In this document: positions 42,801-55,600 of the stretch, piece by piece
Layout of the letters: every line of letters starts with the position of its first letter
Numbering within the stretch: position 1 is the stretch's first letter
NCBI GenBank assembly: GCA_964016885.1
Contig: OZ024741.1
Span: forward strand, 6,386,001 to 6,450,000
DNA: 64,000 nucleotides
Direction of reading: 5' to 3'
From: Eledone cirrhosa
Taxonomy: Eukaryota
Notes under the pieces: generated by a model
Seen by the model: the letters and a program-made list of their open reading frames with translations, nothing else
What the model was told of the DNA's origin: nothing
Databases searched by the model: none
Position numbers and translations under genes: made by a program

Positions 42801-44657
42801 CTGTACCTGAGAGATATAAAGGTATTCTGTACCTGACAGGTATAAAGGTATTCTGTACCTGACAGGTATAAAGGTATTCTGTACTTGACAGTATTAAAGG
42901 TATTCTGTTCCTGACAGGTATAAGGGTATTCTGTACCTGACAGATGTAAAGGTATTCTGTACCTGACAGATGTAAAGGTATTCTGTACCTGACAGGTATA
43001 AAGGTATTCTGTTCCTGACAGGTATAAAGGGATTCTGTACCTGACAGATGTAACGGTATTCTGTACCTGACAGGTATAAAGGTATGCTGTACCTGACAGA
43101 TGTAAAGGTATTCTGTACCTGACAGATGTAAAGGTATTCTGTACCTGACAGATATAAAGGTATTGTGTACCTGTCAGGTATAAAGGTATTCTGTACCTGA
43201 CAGGTATAAAGGTATTCTGTTCCTGACAGATGTAAAGGTATTCTGTACCTGACAGGTATAAACGTATTCTGTACCTGACAGGTATAAACCTATTCTGTAC
43301 CTGACAGATAAAAAGGTATTCTGTACCTGTCAGATATAAAGGTATTCTGTACCTGACAGGTATAAAGGTATTCTGTACCTGACAGGTATAAAGGTATTCT
43401 GTACCTGAGAGATATAAAGGTATTCTGTACCTGTCAGGTATAAAGGTATTCTGTACCTGACTGGTATAAAGGTATGCTGTACCTGACAGGTATAAAGGTT
43501 TTCCGTACCTGACCGATGTACAGGTACTCTGTACCTGATAGATGTAAAGGTATTCTGTACCTGACAGGTATAAAGGTATTCTGTACCTGACAGGTATAAA
43601 GGTATTCTGTATCTGACAGATAAAAAGGTATTCTGTACCTGACAGATGTAAAGGTATTCTGTACCTGACAGGTATAAAGGTATTCTGTACCTGACAGATG
43701 TAAAGGTATTCTGTTCCTGACAGATGTAAAGTTATTCTGTACCTGACAGATGTAAAGGTATTCTGTTCCTGACAGATATAAAGGTATTCTGTTCCTGACA
43801 TGTATAAAGATATTCTGTACCTGACAGATATAAAAGTATTCTGTACCTGACAGGTATAAATTATTCTGTACCTGACAGGTATAAAGGTATTCTGTACCTG
43901 ACAGGTATTAAAGTATTCTGTACCTGACAGATGTAAAGGTATTCTGTACATGACAGGTATAAAGGTATTCTGTACTTGACAGGTATAAAGGTATTCTGTA
44001 CCTGACAGGTATAAAGGTATTCTGTACCTAACAGGTATAAAGGTATTCTGTACCTGACAGGTATAAAGGTATTCTGTTCCTGACAGGTATAAAGGTATTC
44101 TGTACCTGACAGATGTAAAGGTATTCTGTACCTGACAGGTATAAAGTATTCTGTACCTGACAGGTATAAATATATTCTGTTCCTGACAGGTATAAAGGTA
44201 TTCTGTACCTGACAGATGTAAAGGTATTCTGTACCTGACAGGTATAAAGGTATTCTGTTCCTGACAGGTATAAAGGGATTCTGTACCTGACAGGTATAAT
44301 GGTATGGTGTACCTGACAGATGTAAAGGTATTCTGTAGCTGACAGATGTAAAGGTATTTGTACCTGACAGATATAAATGTATTCTGTACCTGATAGGTAT
44401 AAAGGTATTCTGTACCTGACAGGTATAAAGGTTCCTGTTCCTGACAGATGTAAAGGTATTCTGTACCTGACAGGTATAAATGTATTCTGTACCTGACAGG
44501 TATAAACGTATTCTGTACCTGACAGATAAAAAAGTATTCCGTACCTGTCAGGTATAAAGGTATTCTGTACCTGACAGGTATAAATGTATTCTGTACCTGA
44601 GAGATATAAAGGTATTCTGTACCTGACTGGTATAAAGGTATGCTGTACCTGACAGAT

Positions 44658-44702
44658 GTACAGAATACCTTTATACATGTCAGGTAGAGAATACCTTTAC
44701 AT
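44658..44702 (-). repeat. 45-bp inverted satellite insert, copy 9 (GTAC allele with caggtagag)
   Basis: gtacagaatacctttatacatgtcaggtagagaatacctttacat. Confidence 0.95.
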
Positions 44703-47700
44703 TCTGTACCTGACAAATGTAAAGGTATTCTGTACCTGACAGATGTAAAGGTATTCTGTACCTGACAGATGTAAAGGTATTCTGTACCTGACAGGTATAA
44801 AGGTATTCTGTACCTGACAGGTATAAAGGTATTCTGTACCTAACAGATAAAGTATTCTGTACCTGACATGTATAAAGGTATTCTGTTCCTGACAGGTATA
44901 AAGGTATTCTGTACCTGACAAATGTAAAGGTATTCTGTTCCTGACAGATGTAAAGGTATTCTGTACCTGACAGGTATAACGGTATTCTGTACCTGACAGG
45001 TATAAAGGTATTCTGTACCTGACAGATAAAAAGGTATTCTGTACCTGACAGGTATAAAGATATTCTGTACCTGACAGGTATAAAGGTATTCTGTACCTGA
45101 CAGATGTAAAGGTATTGTGTACCTGACAGATGTAAAGGTATTCTGTACCTGACAGATATAAAGGTATTCTGTACCTGACAGGTATAAAGATATTCTGTAC
45201 CTGACAGGTATAAAGGTATTCTGTTCCTGACAGATGTAAAGGTATTCTGTACCTGACATGTATAAAGGTATTCTGTACCTGACAAATGTAAAGGTATTCT
45301 GTTCCAGACAGATGTAAAGGTATCCTGTACCTGACAGATATAAAGGTATTCTGTACCTGACAGGTATAAAGGTATGCTGTACCTGACAGGTATAAAGATA
45401 TTCTGTACCTGACAGGTATAAAGGTATGCTGTACCTGACAGATGTAAAGGTATTCTGTACCTGACAGATGTAGAGGTATTCTGTACCTGACAGGTATAAA
45501 GGTATTCTGTATCTGACAGATAAAGTATTGTGTACCTGACAGATGTAAAGGTATTCTGTACCTGACAGGTATAAAGGTATTCTGTTCCTGACAGGTATAA
45601 AGGGATTCTGTACCTGACAGGTATAAAGGTATTCTGTACCTGACAGATGTAAAGGTATTCTGTACCTGACAGATGTAAAGGTATTTGTACCTGACAGATA
45701 TAAAGGTATTCTGTACCTGACATTTATAAAGGTATTCTGTACCTGACAGATGTAAAGGTATTCTGTTCCTGACAGATGTAAAGGTATTCTGTACTTGACA
45801 GATATAAAGGTATTCTGTACCTGGCAGGTATAAAGGTATTCTGTTCAGGACAGGTATAAAGGTATTCTGTACCTGACCGATGTAAAGGTATTCTGTATTT
45901 GACAGGTATAAATCTATTCTGTACCTAACAGGTATAAAGGTATGCTGTATCTGACAGATGTAAAGGTATTCTGTACCTGACAAATGTAAAGGTATTCTGT
46001 TCCTGACAGATGTAAAGGTATTCTGTACCTGACAAATGTAAAGGTATTCTGTTCCTGACAGATGTAAAGGTATCCTGTACCTGACAGATATAAAGGTATT
46101 CTGTTCCTGACAGATGTAAAGATATTCTGTACCTGACAGGTATAAAGGTATTCTGTACCTGACAGATGTAAAGGTATTCTGTTCCTGACAGGTATAAAGG
46201 TATTCTGTACCTGACAGGTATAAAGGTATTCTGTTCCTGACGTGTATAAAGGTATTCTGTACCTGACAGATATAAAGGTATTCTGTACCTGACAGGTATA
46301 AATTATTCTGTACCTGACAGGTATAAAGGTATTCTGTACCTGACAGGTATAAAGGTATTCTGTTCCTGACAGATGTAAAGGTATTCAGTTCCTGACAGGT
46401 ATAAAGGTATTCTGTACCTGACAGGTATAAAGGTATTCTGTACCTGACAGATATAAAGGTATTCTGTACCTGACAGGTATAAAGGTATTCTGTACCTGAC
46501 AGATATAAAGGTATTCTGTTCCTGACATGTATAAAGGTATTCTGTACCTGACAGATATAAAGGTATTCTGTACCTGACAGGAATAAATTATTCTGTACCT
46601 GACAGGTATAAAGGTATTCTGTACCTGACAGGTATAAAGGTATTCTGTACCTGACAGGTATGAAGGTATTCTGTTCCTGACAGGTATAAAGGTATTCTGT
46701 ACCTGACAGGTATAAAGGTATTCTGTACCTGACAGATATAAAGGTCTTCTGTACCTGACAGGTATAAAGGTATTCTGTACCTGACAGATGTAAAGGTATT
46801 CTGAACCTAACAGATGTAAAGGTATTCTGTACCTGACAGGTATAAAGGTATTCTGTACTTGACAGGTATAAAGGTATTCTGTACCTGAGAGATATAAAGG
46901 TATTCTGTACCTGACAGGTATAAAGGTATTCTGTACCTGACAGGTATAAAGGTATTCTGTACTTGACAGTATTAAAGGTATTCTGTTCCTGACAGGTATA
47001 AGGGTATTCTGTACCTGACAGATGTAAAGGTATTCTGTACCTGACAGATGTAAAGGTATTCTGTACCTGACAGGTATAAAGGTATTCTGTTCCTGACAGG
47101 TATAAAGGGATTCTGTACCTGACAGATGTAACGGTATTCTGTACCTGACAGGTATAAAGGTATGCTGTACCTGACAGATGTAAAGGTATTCTGTACCTGA
47201 CAGATGTAAAGGTATTCTGTACCTGACAGATATAAAGGTATTGTGTACCTGTCAGGTATAAAGGTATTCTGTACATGACAGGTATAAAGGTATTCTGTTC
47301 CTGACAGATGTAAAGGTATTCTGTACCTGACAGGTATAAACGTATTCTGTACCTGACAGGTATAAACCTATTCTGTACCTGACAGATAAAAAGGTATTCT
47401 GTACCTGTCAGGTATAAAGGTATTCTGTACCTGACAGGTATAAAGGTATTCTGTACCTGACAGGTATAAAGGTATTCTGTACCTGAGAGATATAAAGGTA
47501 TTCTGTACCTGTCAGGTATAAAGGTATTCTGTACCTGACTGGTATAAAGGTATGCTGTACCTGACAGGTATAAAGGTTTTCCGTACCTGACCGATGTACA
47601 GGTACTCTGTACCTGATAGATGTAAAGGTATTCTGTACCTGACAGGTATAAAGGTATTCTGTACCTGACAGGTATAAAGGTATTCTGTATCTGACAGATA

Positions 47701-48735
47701 AAAAGGTATTCTGTACCTGACAGATGTAAAGGTATTCTGTACCTGACAGGTATAAAGGTATTCTGTACCTGACAGATGTAAAGGTATTCTGTTCCTGACA
47801 GATGTAAAGTTATTCTGTACCTGACAGATGTAAAGGTATTCTGTTCCTGACAGATATAAAGGTATTCTGTTCCTGACATGTATAAAGATATTCTGTACCT
47901 GACAGATATAAAAGTATTCTGTACCTGACAGGTATAAATTATTCTGTACCTGACAGGTATAAAGGTATTCTGTACCTGACAGGTATTAAAGTATTCTGTA
48001 CCTGACAGATGTAAAGGTATTCTGTACATGACAGGTATAAAGGTATTCTGTACTTGACAGGTATAAAGGTATTCTGTACCTGACAGGTATAAAGGTATTC
48101 TGTACCTGACAGGTATAAAGGTATTCTGTACCTGACAGGTATAAAGGTATTCTGTTCCTGACAGGTATAAAGGTATTCTGTACCTGACAGATGTAAAGGT
48201 ATTCTGTACCTGACAGGTATAAAGTATTCTGTACCTGACAGGTATAAATATATTCTGTTCCTGACAGGTATAAAGGTATTCTGTACCTGACAGATGTAAA
48301 GGTATTCTGTACCTGACAGGTATAAAGGTATTCTGTTCCTGACAGGTATAAAGGGATTCTGTACCTGACAGGTATAATGGTATGGTGTACCTGACAGATG
48401 TAAAGGTATTCTGTAGCTGACAGATGTAAAGGTATTTGTACCTGACAGATATAAATGTATTCTGTACCTGATAGGTATAAAGGTATTCTGTACCTGACAG
48501 GTATAAAGGTTCCTGTTCCTGACAGATGTAAAGGTATTCTGTACCTGACAGGTATAAACGTATTCTGTACCTGACAGGTATAAACGTATTCTGTACCTGA
48601 CAGATAAAAAAGTATTCCGTACCTGTCAGGTATAAAGGTATTCTGTACCTGACAGGTATAAATGTATTCTGTACCTGAGAGATATAAAGGTATTCTGTAC
48701 CTGACTGGTATAAAGGTATGCTGTACCTGACAGAT

Positions 48736-48780
48736 GTACAGAATACCTTTATACATGTCAGGTAGAGAATACCTTTACAT
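48736..48780 (-). repeat. 45-bp inverted satellite insert, copy 10 (GTAC allele with caggtagag)
   Basis: Identical to copy 9 and 4078 bp downstream of it. Confidence 0.95.
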
Positions 48781-51700
48781 TCTGTACCTGACAAATGTAA
48801 AGGTATTCTGTACCTGACAGATGTAAAGGTATTCTGTACCTGACAGATGTAAAGGTATTCTGTACCTGACAGGTATAAAGGTATTCTGTACCTGACAGGT
48901 ATAAAGGTATTCTGTACCTAACAGATAAAGTATTCTGTACCTGACATGTATAAAGGTATTCTGTTCCTGACAGGTATAAAGGTATTCTGTACCTGACAGA
49001 TGTAAAGGTATTCTGTACCTGACAGTTATAAAGGTATTCTGTTCCTGACAGGTATAAAGGGATTCTGTACCTGACAGGTATAAAGGTATGCTGTACCTGA
49101 CAGATGCAAAGGTATTCTGTACCTGACAGATGTAAAGGTATTTGTACCTGACAGATATAAAGGTATTCTGTACCTGACAGGTATAAAGGTATTCTGTACC
49201 TGACAGATGTAAAGGTATTCTGTTCCTGACAGATGTAAAGGTATTCTGTACCTGACTGATATAAAGGTATTCTGTACCTGGCAGGTATAAAGGTATTCTG
49301 TTCTGGACAGGTATAAAAGTAATCTGTACCTGACAGATGTAAAGGTATTCTGTACCTGACAGGTATAAAGCTATTCTGTACATAACAGGTATAAAGGTAT
49401 GCTGTACCTGACAGATGTAAAGGTATTCTGTACCTGACAAATGTAAAGGTATTCTGTTCCTGACAGATGTAAAGGTATCCTGTAACTGACAGATATAAAG
49501 GTATTCTGTACCTGACAGGTATAAAGGTATGCTGTACCTGACAGATGTAAAGTTATTCTGTACCTGACAGGTATAAAGGTATGCTGTACCTGACAGATGT
49601 AAAGGTATTCTGTACCTGACAGATGTAAAGGTATTCTGTACCTGACAGATGTAAAGCTATTCTGTTCCTGACAGATGTAACGGTATTCTGTTCCTGACAG
49701 ATGTAAAGGTATTCTGTACCTGACAGATATAATGGTATTCTGTTCCTGACAGGTGTAAAGGTATTCTGTACCTGACGGGTATAAAGGTGTTCTGTACCTG
49801 AGAGATATAAAGGTATTCTGTACCTGAGAGATATAAAGGTATTCTGTACCTGACAGGTATAAAGGTATTCTGTACCGGGCAGGTATAAAGGTATTCTGTT
49901 CCTGATAGGTATAAAGGTATTCTGTTCTGGACAGGTATAAAGGTATTCTGTACCTGACAGATGTAAAGGTATTCTGTACCTGACAAATGTAAAGGTATTC
50001 TGTTCCTGACAGATATAAAGGTATTCTGTACCTGACAGGTATAAAGGTATTCTGTACCTGACAGGTATAAAGATATTCTGTACCTGACAGGTATAAAGGT
50101 ATTCTGTACCTGACAAATGTAAAGGTATTCTGTTCCTGACAGATGTAAAGGTATTCTGTACCTGACAGATATAAAGGTATTCTGTACCTGACAGGTATAA
50201 AGATATTCTGTACCTGACAGATATAAAGGTATTCTGTACCTGACAAATGTAAAGGTATTCTGTTCCTGACAGATGTAAAGGTATTCTGTACCTGACAGGT
50301 ATAACGGTATTCTGTACCTGACAGGTATAAAGGTATTCTGTACCTGACAGATAAAAAGGTATTCTGTACCTGACAGGTATAAAGATATTCTGTACCTGAC
50401 AGGTATAAAGGTATTCTGTACCTGACAGATGTAAAGGTATTGTGTACCTGACAGATGTAAAGGTATTCTGTACCTGACAGATATAAAGGTATTCTGTACC
50501 TGACAGGTATAAAGATATTCTGTACCTGACAGGTATAAAGGTATTCTGTTCCTGACAGATGTAAAGGTATTCTGTACCTGACAGGTATAAAGGTATTCTG
50601 TACCTGACAAATGTAAAGGTATTCTGTTCCAGACAGATGTAAAGGTATCCTGTACCTGACAGATATAAAGGTATTCTGTACCTGACAGGTATAAAGGTAT
50701 GCTGTACCTGACAGGTATAAAGATATTCTGTACCTGACAGGTATAAAGGTATGCTGTACCTGACAGATGTAAAGGTATTCTGTACCTGACAGATGTAGAG
50801 GTATTCTGTACCTGACAGGTATAAAGGTATTCTGTATCTGACAGATAAAGTATTGTGTACCTGACAGATGTAAAGGTATTCTGTACCTGACAGGTATAAA
50901 GGTATTCTGTTCCTGACAGGTATAAAGGGATTCTGTACCTGACAGGTATAAAGGTATTCTGTACCTGACAGATGTAAAGGTATTCTGTACCTGACAGATG
51001 TAAAGGTATTTGTACCTGACAGATATAAAGGTATTCTGTACCTGACAGGTATAAAGGTATTCTGTACCTGACAGATGTAAAGGTATTCTGTTCCTGACAG
51101 ATGTAAAGGTATTCTGTACCTGACAGATATAAAGGTATTCTGTACCTGGCAGGTATAAAGGTATTCTGTTCAGGACAGGTATAAAGGTATTCTGTACCTG
51201 ACCGATGTAAAGGTATTCTGTATCTGACAGGTATAAATCTATTCTGTACCTAACAGGTATAAAGGTATGCTGTACCTGACAGATGTAAAGGTATTCTGTA
51301 CCTGACAAATGTAAAGGTATTCTGTTCCTGACAGATGTAAAGGTATTCTGTACCTGACAAATGTAAAGGTATTCTGTTCCTGACAGATGTAAAGATATTC
51401 TGTACCTGACAGGTATAAAGGTATTCTGTACCTGACAGATGTAAAGGTATTCTGTTCCTGACAGGTATAAAGGTATTCTGTACCTGACAGGTATAAAGGT
51501 ATTCTGTTCCTGACATGTATAAAGGTATTCTGTACCTGACAGATATAAAGGTATTCTGTACCTGACAGGTATAAATTATTCTGTACCTGACAGGTATAAA
51601 GGTATTCTGTACCTGACAGGTATAAAGGTATTCTGTTCCTGACAGATGTAAAGGTATTCAGTTCCTGACAGGTATAAAGGTATTCTGTACCTGACAGGTA

Positions 51701-52649
51701 TAAAGGTATTCTGTACCTGACAGATATAAAGGTATTCTGTACCTGACAGGTATAAAGGTATTCTGTACCTGACAGATGTAAAGGTATTCTGTACCTGACA
51801 GGTATAAAGGTATTCTGTACCTGACAGATATAAAGGTATTCTGTACCTGACAGATATAAAGGTATTCTGTACCTGACAGGTATAAAGGTATTCTGTACCT
51901 GACAGATATAAAGGTATTCTGTACCTGACAGATGTAAAGGTATTCTGTACCTGACAGATGTAAAGGTATTCTGTACCTGACAGGTATAAAGGTATTCTGT
52001 ACTTGACAGGTATAAAAGTATTCTGTACCTGAGAGATATAAAGGTATTCTGTACCTGACAGGTATAAAGGTATTCTGTTCCTGACAGGTATAGAGGGATT
52101 CTGTACCTGACAGATGTAAAGGTATTCTGTACCTGACAAGTATAACGGTATGCTGTACCTGACAGATGTAAAGATATTCTGTACCTGACAGATATAAAGG
52201 TATTCTGTACCTGACAGGTATAAAGATATTCTGTACCTGACAGGTATAAAGGTATTCTGTTCCTGACAGATGTAAAGGTATTCTGTACCTGACAGGTATA
52301 AAGGTATTCTGTACCTGACAGATGTAAAGGTACTCTGTACCTGACAGGTATAAAGGTATTCTGTACCTGAGAGATATAAAGGTATTCTGTACCTGAGAGA
52401 TATAAAGGTATTCTGTACCTGACAGGTATAAAGGTATTCTGTTCCTGATAGGTATAAAGGGATTCTGTACCTGACAGATGTAAAGGTATTCTGTACCTGA
52501 CAGGTATAAAGGTATTCTGTACCTGACAGGTATAAAGGTATTCTGTTCCTGACAGATGTAAAGGTATTCTGTACCGGACAGGTATAAATGTATTCTGTAC
52601 CTGACAGATATAAAGGTATTCTGTACCAGACAGGTATAAAGATATTCTG

Positions 52650-55600
52650 TACCTGACAGGTATAAAGGTATTCTGTTCCTGACAAATGTAAAGGTATTCT
52701 GTTCCAGACAGGTATAAAGGTATGCTGTACCTGACAGATGTAAAGGTATTCTGTACCTGACAGATGTAAAGGTATTCTGTACCTGACAGATGTAAAGGTA
52801 TTCTGTACCTGACAGATATAAAGGTATTCTGTACCTGACAAATGTAAAGGTATTCTGTACCTGACAGATATAAAGGTATTCTGTACCTGACAGGTATAAA
52901 GGTATTCCGTACCTGACAGGTGTAAAGGTATTCTGTACCTGACAGGTATAAAGATATTCTGTACCTGACAGGTATAAAGCTATTCTGTACCGGACAGATG
53001 TAAAGGTATTCTGTACATGACAGATGTAAAGCTATTCTGTTCCTGACAGATGTAAAGGTATTCTGTTCTTGACAGATGTAAAGGTATTCTGTACCTGACA
53101 GGTATAAAGGTATTCTGTACCTGACAGATATAAAGGTATTCTGTTCCTGACAGGTGTAAAGGTATTCTGTACCTGACAGGTATAAAGGTATTATGTACCT
53201 GACAGGTATAAAGGTATTCTGTACCTGACAGATGTAAAGGTATTCTGTACCTGACAGGTATAAAGGTATTCTGTACCTGACAGATAAAAAGGTATTCTGT
53301 ACCTGACAGATGCAAAGGTATTCTGTACCTGACAGGTATAAAGGTATTCTGTACCTGACAGATGTAAAGGTATTCTGTAACTCACAGATGTAAAGGTATT
53401 CTGTTCCTGACAGATATAAAGGTATTCTGTTCCTGACAGATGTAAAGGTATTCTGTACCTGACAGATGTAAAGGTATTCTGTTCCCGACAGATGTAAAGG
53501 TATTCTGTACCTGACAGATGTAAAGGTATTCCGTACCTGACAGGTATAAAGGTATTCTGTACCTGACAGGTATAAAGGTATTCTGTACCTGACAGATTTA
53601 AAGGTATTGTGTACCTGACAGGTATAAAGGTATTCTGTACCTGACAGGTATAAAGGTATTCTGTTCCTGACAGATGTATAGGTATTCTGTACCTGACAGA
53701 TGTAAAGGTATTCTGTACCTGACAGGTATAAAGGTATTCTGTACCTGACAGGTATAAAGGTATTCTGTTCCTAACAGGTATAAAGGTATTCTGTACCTGA
53801 CAGATGTAAAGGTATTCTGTACCTGACAGGTGTAAAGGTTTTCTGTACCTGACAGATGAAAAGGTATTCTGTACCTGACAGATATAAAGGTATTCTGTAC
53901 CTGACAGGTATAAAGGTATTCTGTACCTGACAGATAAAAAGGTATTCTGTACCTGACAGGTATAAAGATATTCTGTACCTGACAGGTATAAAGGTATTCT
54001 GTACCTGACAGAGGTAAAGGTATTGTGTACCTGACAGATGTAAAGGTATTCTGTACCTGACAGATATAAAGGTATTCTGTACCTGACAGGTATAAAGATA
54101 TTCTGTACCTGACAGGTATAAAGGTATTCTGTTCCTGACAGATGTAAAGGTATTCTGTACCTGACAGGTATAAAGGTATTCTGTACCTGACAAATGTAAA
54201 GGTATTCTGTTCCAGACAGATGTAAAGGTATTCTGTACCTGACAGGTATAAAGGTATTCTGTTCCTGACAGGTATAAAGGGATTCTGTACCTGACAGGTA
54301 TAAAGGTATGCTGTACCTGACAGGTATAAAGGTATGCTGTACCTGACAGATGTAAAGGTATTCTGTACCTGACAGATGTAAAGGTATTCTGTACCTGACA
54401 GGTATAAAGGTATTCTGTACCTGACAAATGTAAAGGTATTCTGTTCCAGACAGATGTAAAGGTATTCTGTACCTGACAGGTATAAAGGTATTCTGTTCCT
54501 GACAGGTATAAAGGTATTCTGTTCCTGACAGGTATAAAGGTATGCTGTACCTGACAGGTATAAAGATATTCTGTACCTGACAGGTATAAAGGTATGCTGT
54601 ACTTGACAGATGTAAAGGTATTCTGTACCTGACAGATGTAAAGGTATTCTGTACCTGACAGGTATAAAGGTATTCTGTACCTGACAGATAAACTATTCTG
54701 TACCTGACAGATGTAAAGGTATTCTGTACCTGACAGGTATAAAGGTATTCTGTTCCTGACAGGTATAAAGGGATTCTGTACCTGACAGGTATAAAGGTAT
54801 GCTGTACCTGACAGATGTAAAGGTATTCTGTACCTGACAGATGTAAAGGTATTTGTACCTGACAGATATAAAGGTATTCTGTACCTGACAGGTATAAAGG
54901 TATTCTGTACCTGACAGATGTAAAGGTATTCTGTTCCTGACAGATGTAAAGGTATTCTGTACCTGACAGATATAAAGGTATTCTGTACCTGGCAGGTATA
55001 AAGGTATTCTGTTCAGGACAGGTATAAAGGTATTCTGTATCTGACCGATGTAAAGGTATTCTGTACCTGACAGGTATAAAGCTATTCTGTACCTAACAGG
55101 TATAAAGGTATGCTGTACCTGACAGATGTAAAGGTATTCTGTACCTGACAAATGTAAAGGTATTCTGTTCCTGACAGGTATAGAGGGATTCTGTACCTGA
55201 CAGATGTAAAGGTATTCTGTACCTGACAAGTATAAAGGTATTCTGTACCTGGCAGGTATAAAGGTATTCTGTTCAGGACAGGTATAAAGGTATTCTGTAT
55301 CTGACCGATGTAAAGGTATTCTGTACCTGACAGGTATAAAGCTATTCTGTACCTAACAGGTATAAAGGTATGCTGTACCTGACAGATGTAAAGGTATTCT
55401 GTACCTGACAAATGTAAAGGTATTCTGTTCCTGACAGGTATAGAGGGATTCTGTACCTGACAGATGTAAAGGTATTCTGTACCTGACAAGTATAAAGGTA
55501 TGCTGTACCTGACAGATGTAAAGATATTCTGTACCTGAGAGATATAAAGGTATTCTGTACCTGACAGGTATAAAGATATTCTGTACCTGACAGGTATAAA

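Larger units (their letters stand above)
42400..49000 (+). repeat. Higher-order duplication with 4,078-bp offset (~42.4-44.9 kb repeated at ~46.5-49.0 kb); boundaries approximate
   Basis: Shared rare variants (gacagtattaaagg, taaacctattc, gatgtacaggtactc, ataatggtatggtgt, ctgtagctg) and inserts 9/10. ORF ends 44716/48794 and 44678/48756 differ by 4078. Confidence 0.9.

Noticed and set aside
16574-48780. 45-bp inserts as MITEs or other mobile elements
   Set aside because: They consist only of reverse-complemented satellite and have no terminal inverted repeats or target-site duplication. They always sit in the same flanks, so they spread by block duplication rather than transposition.
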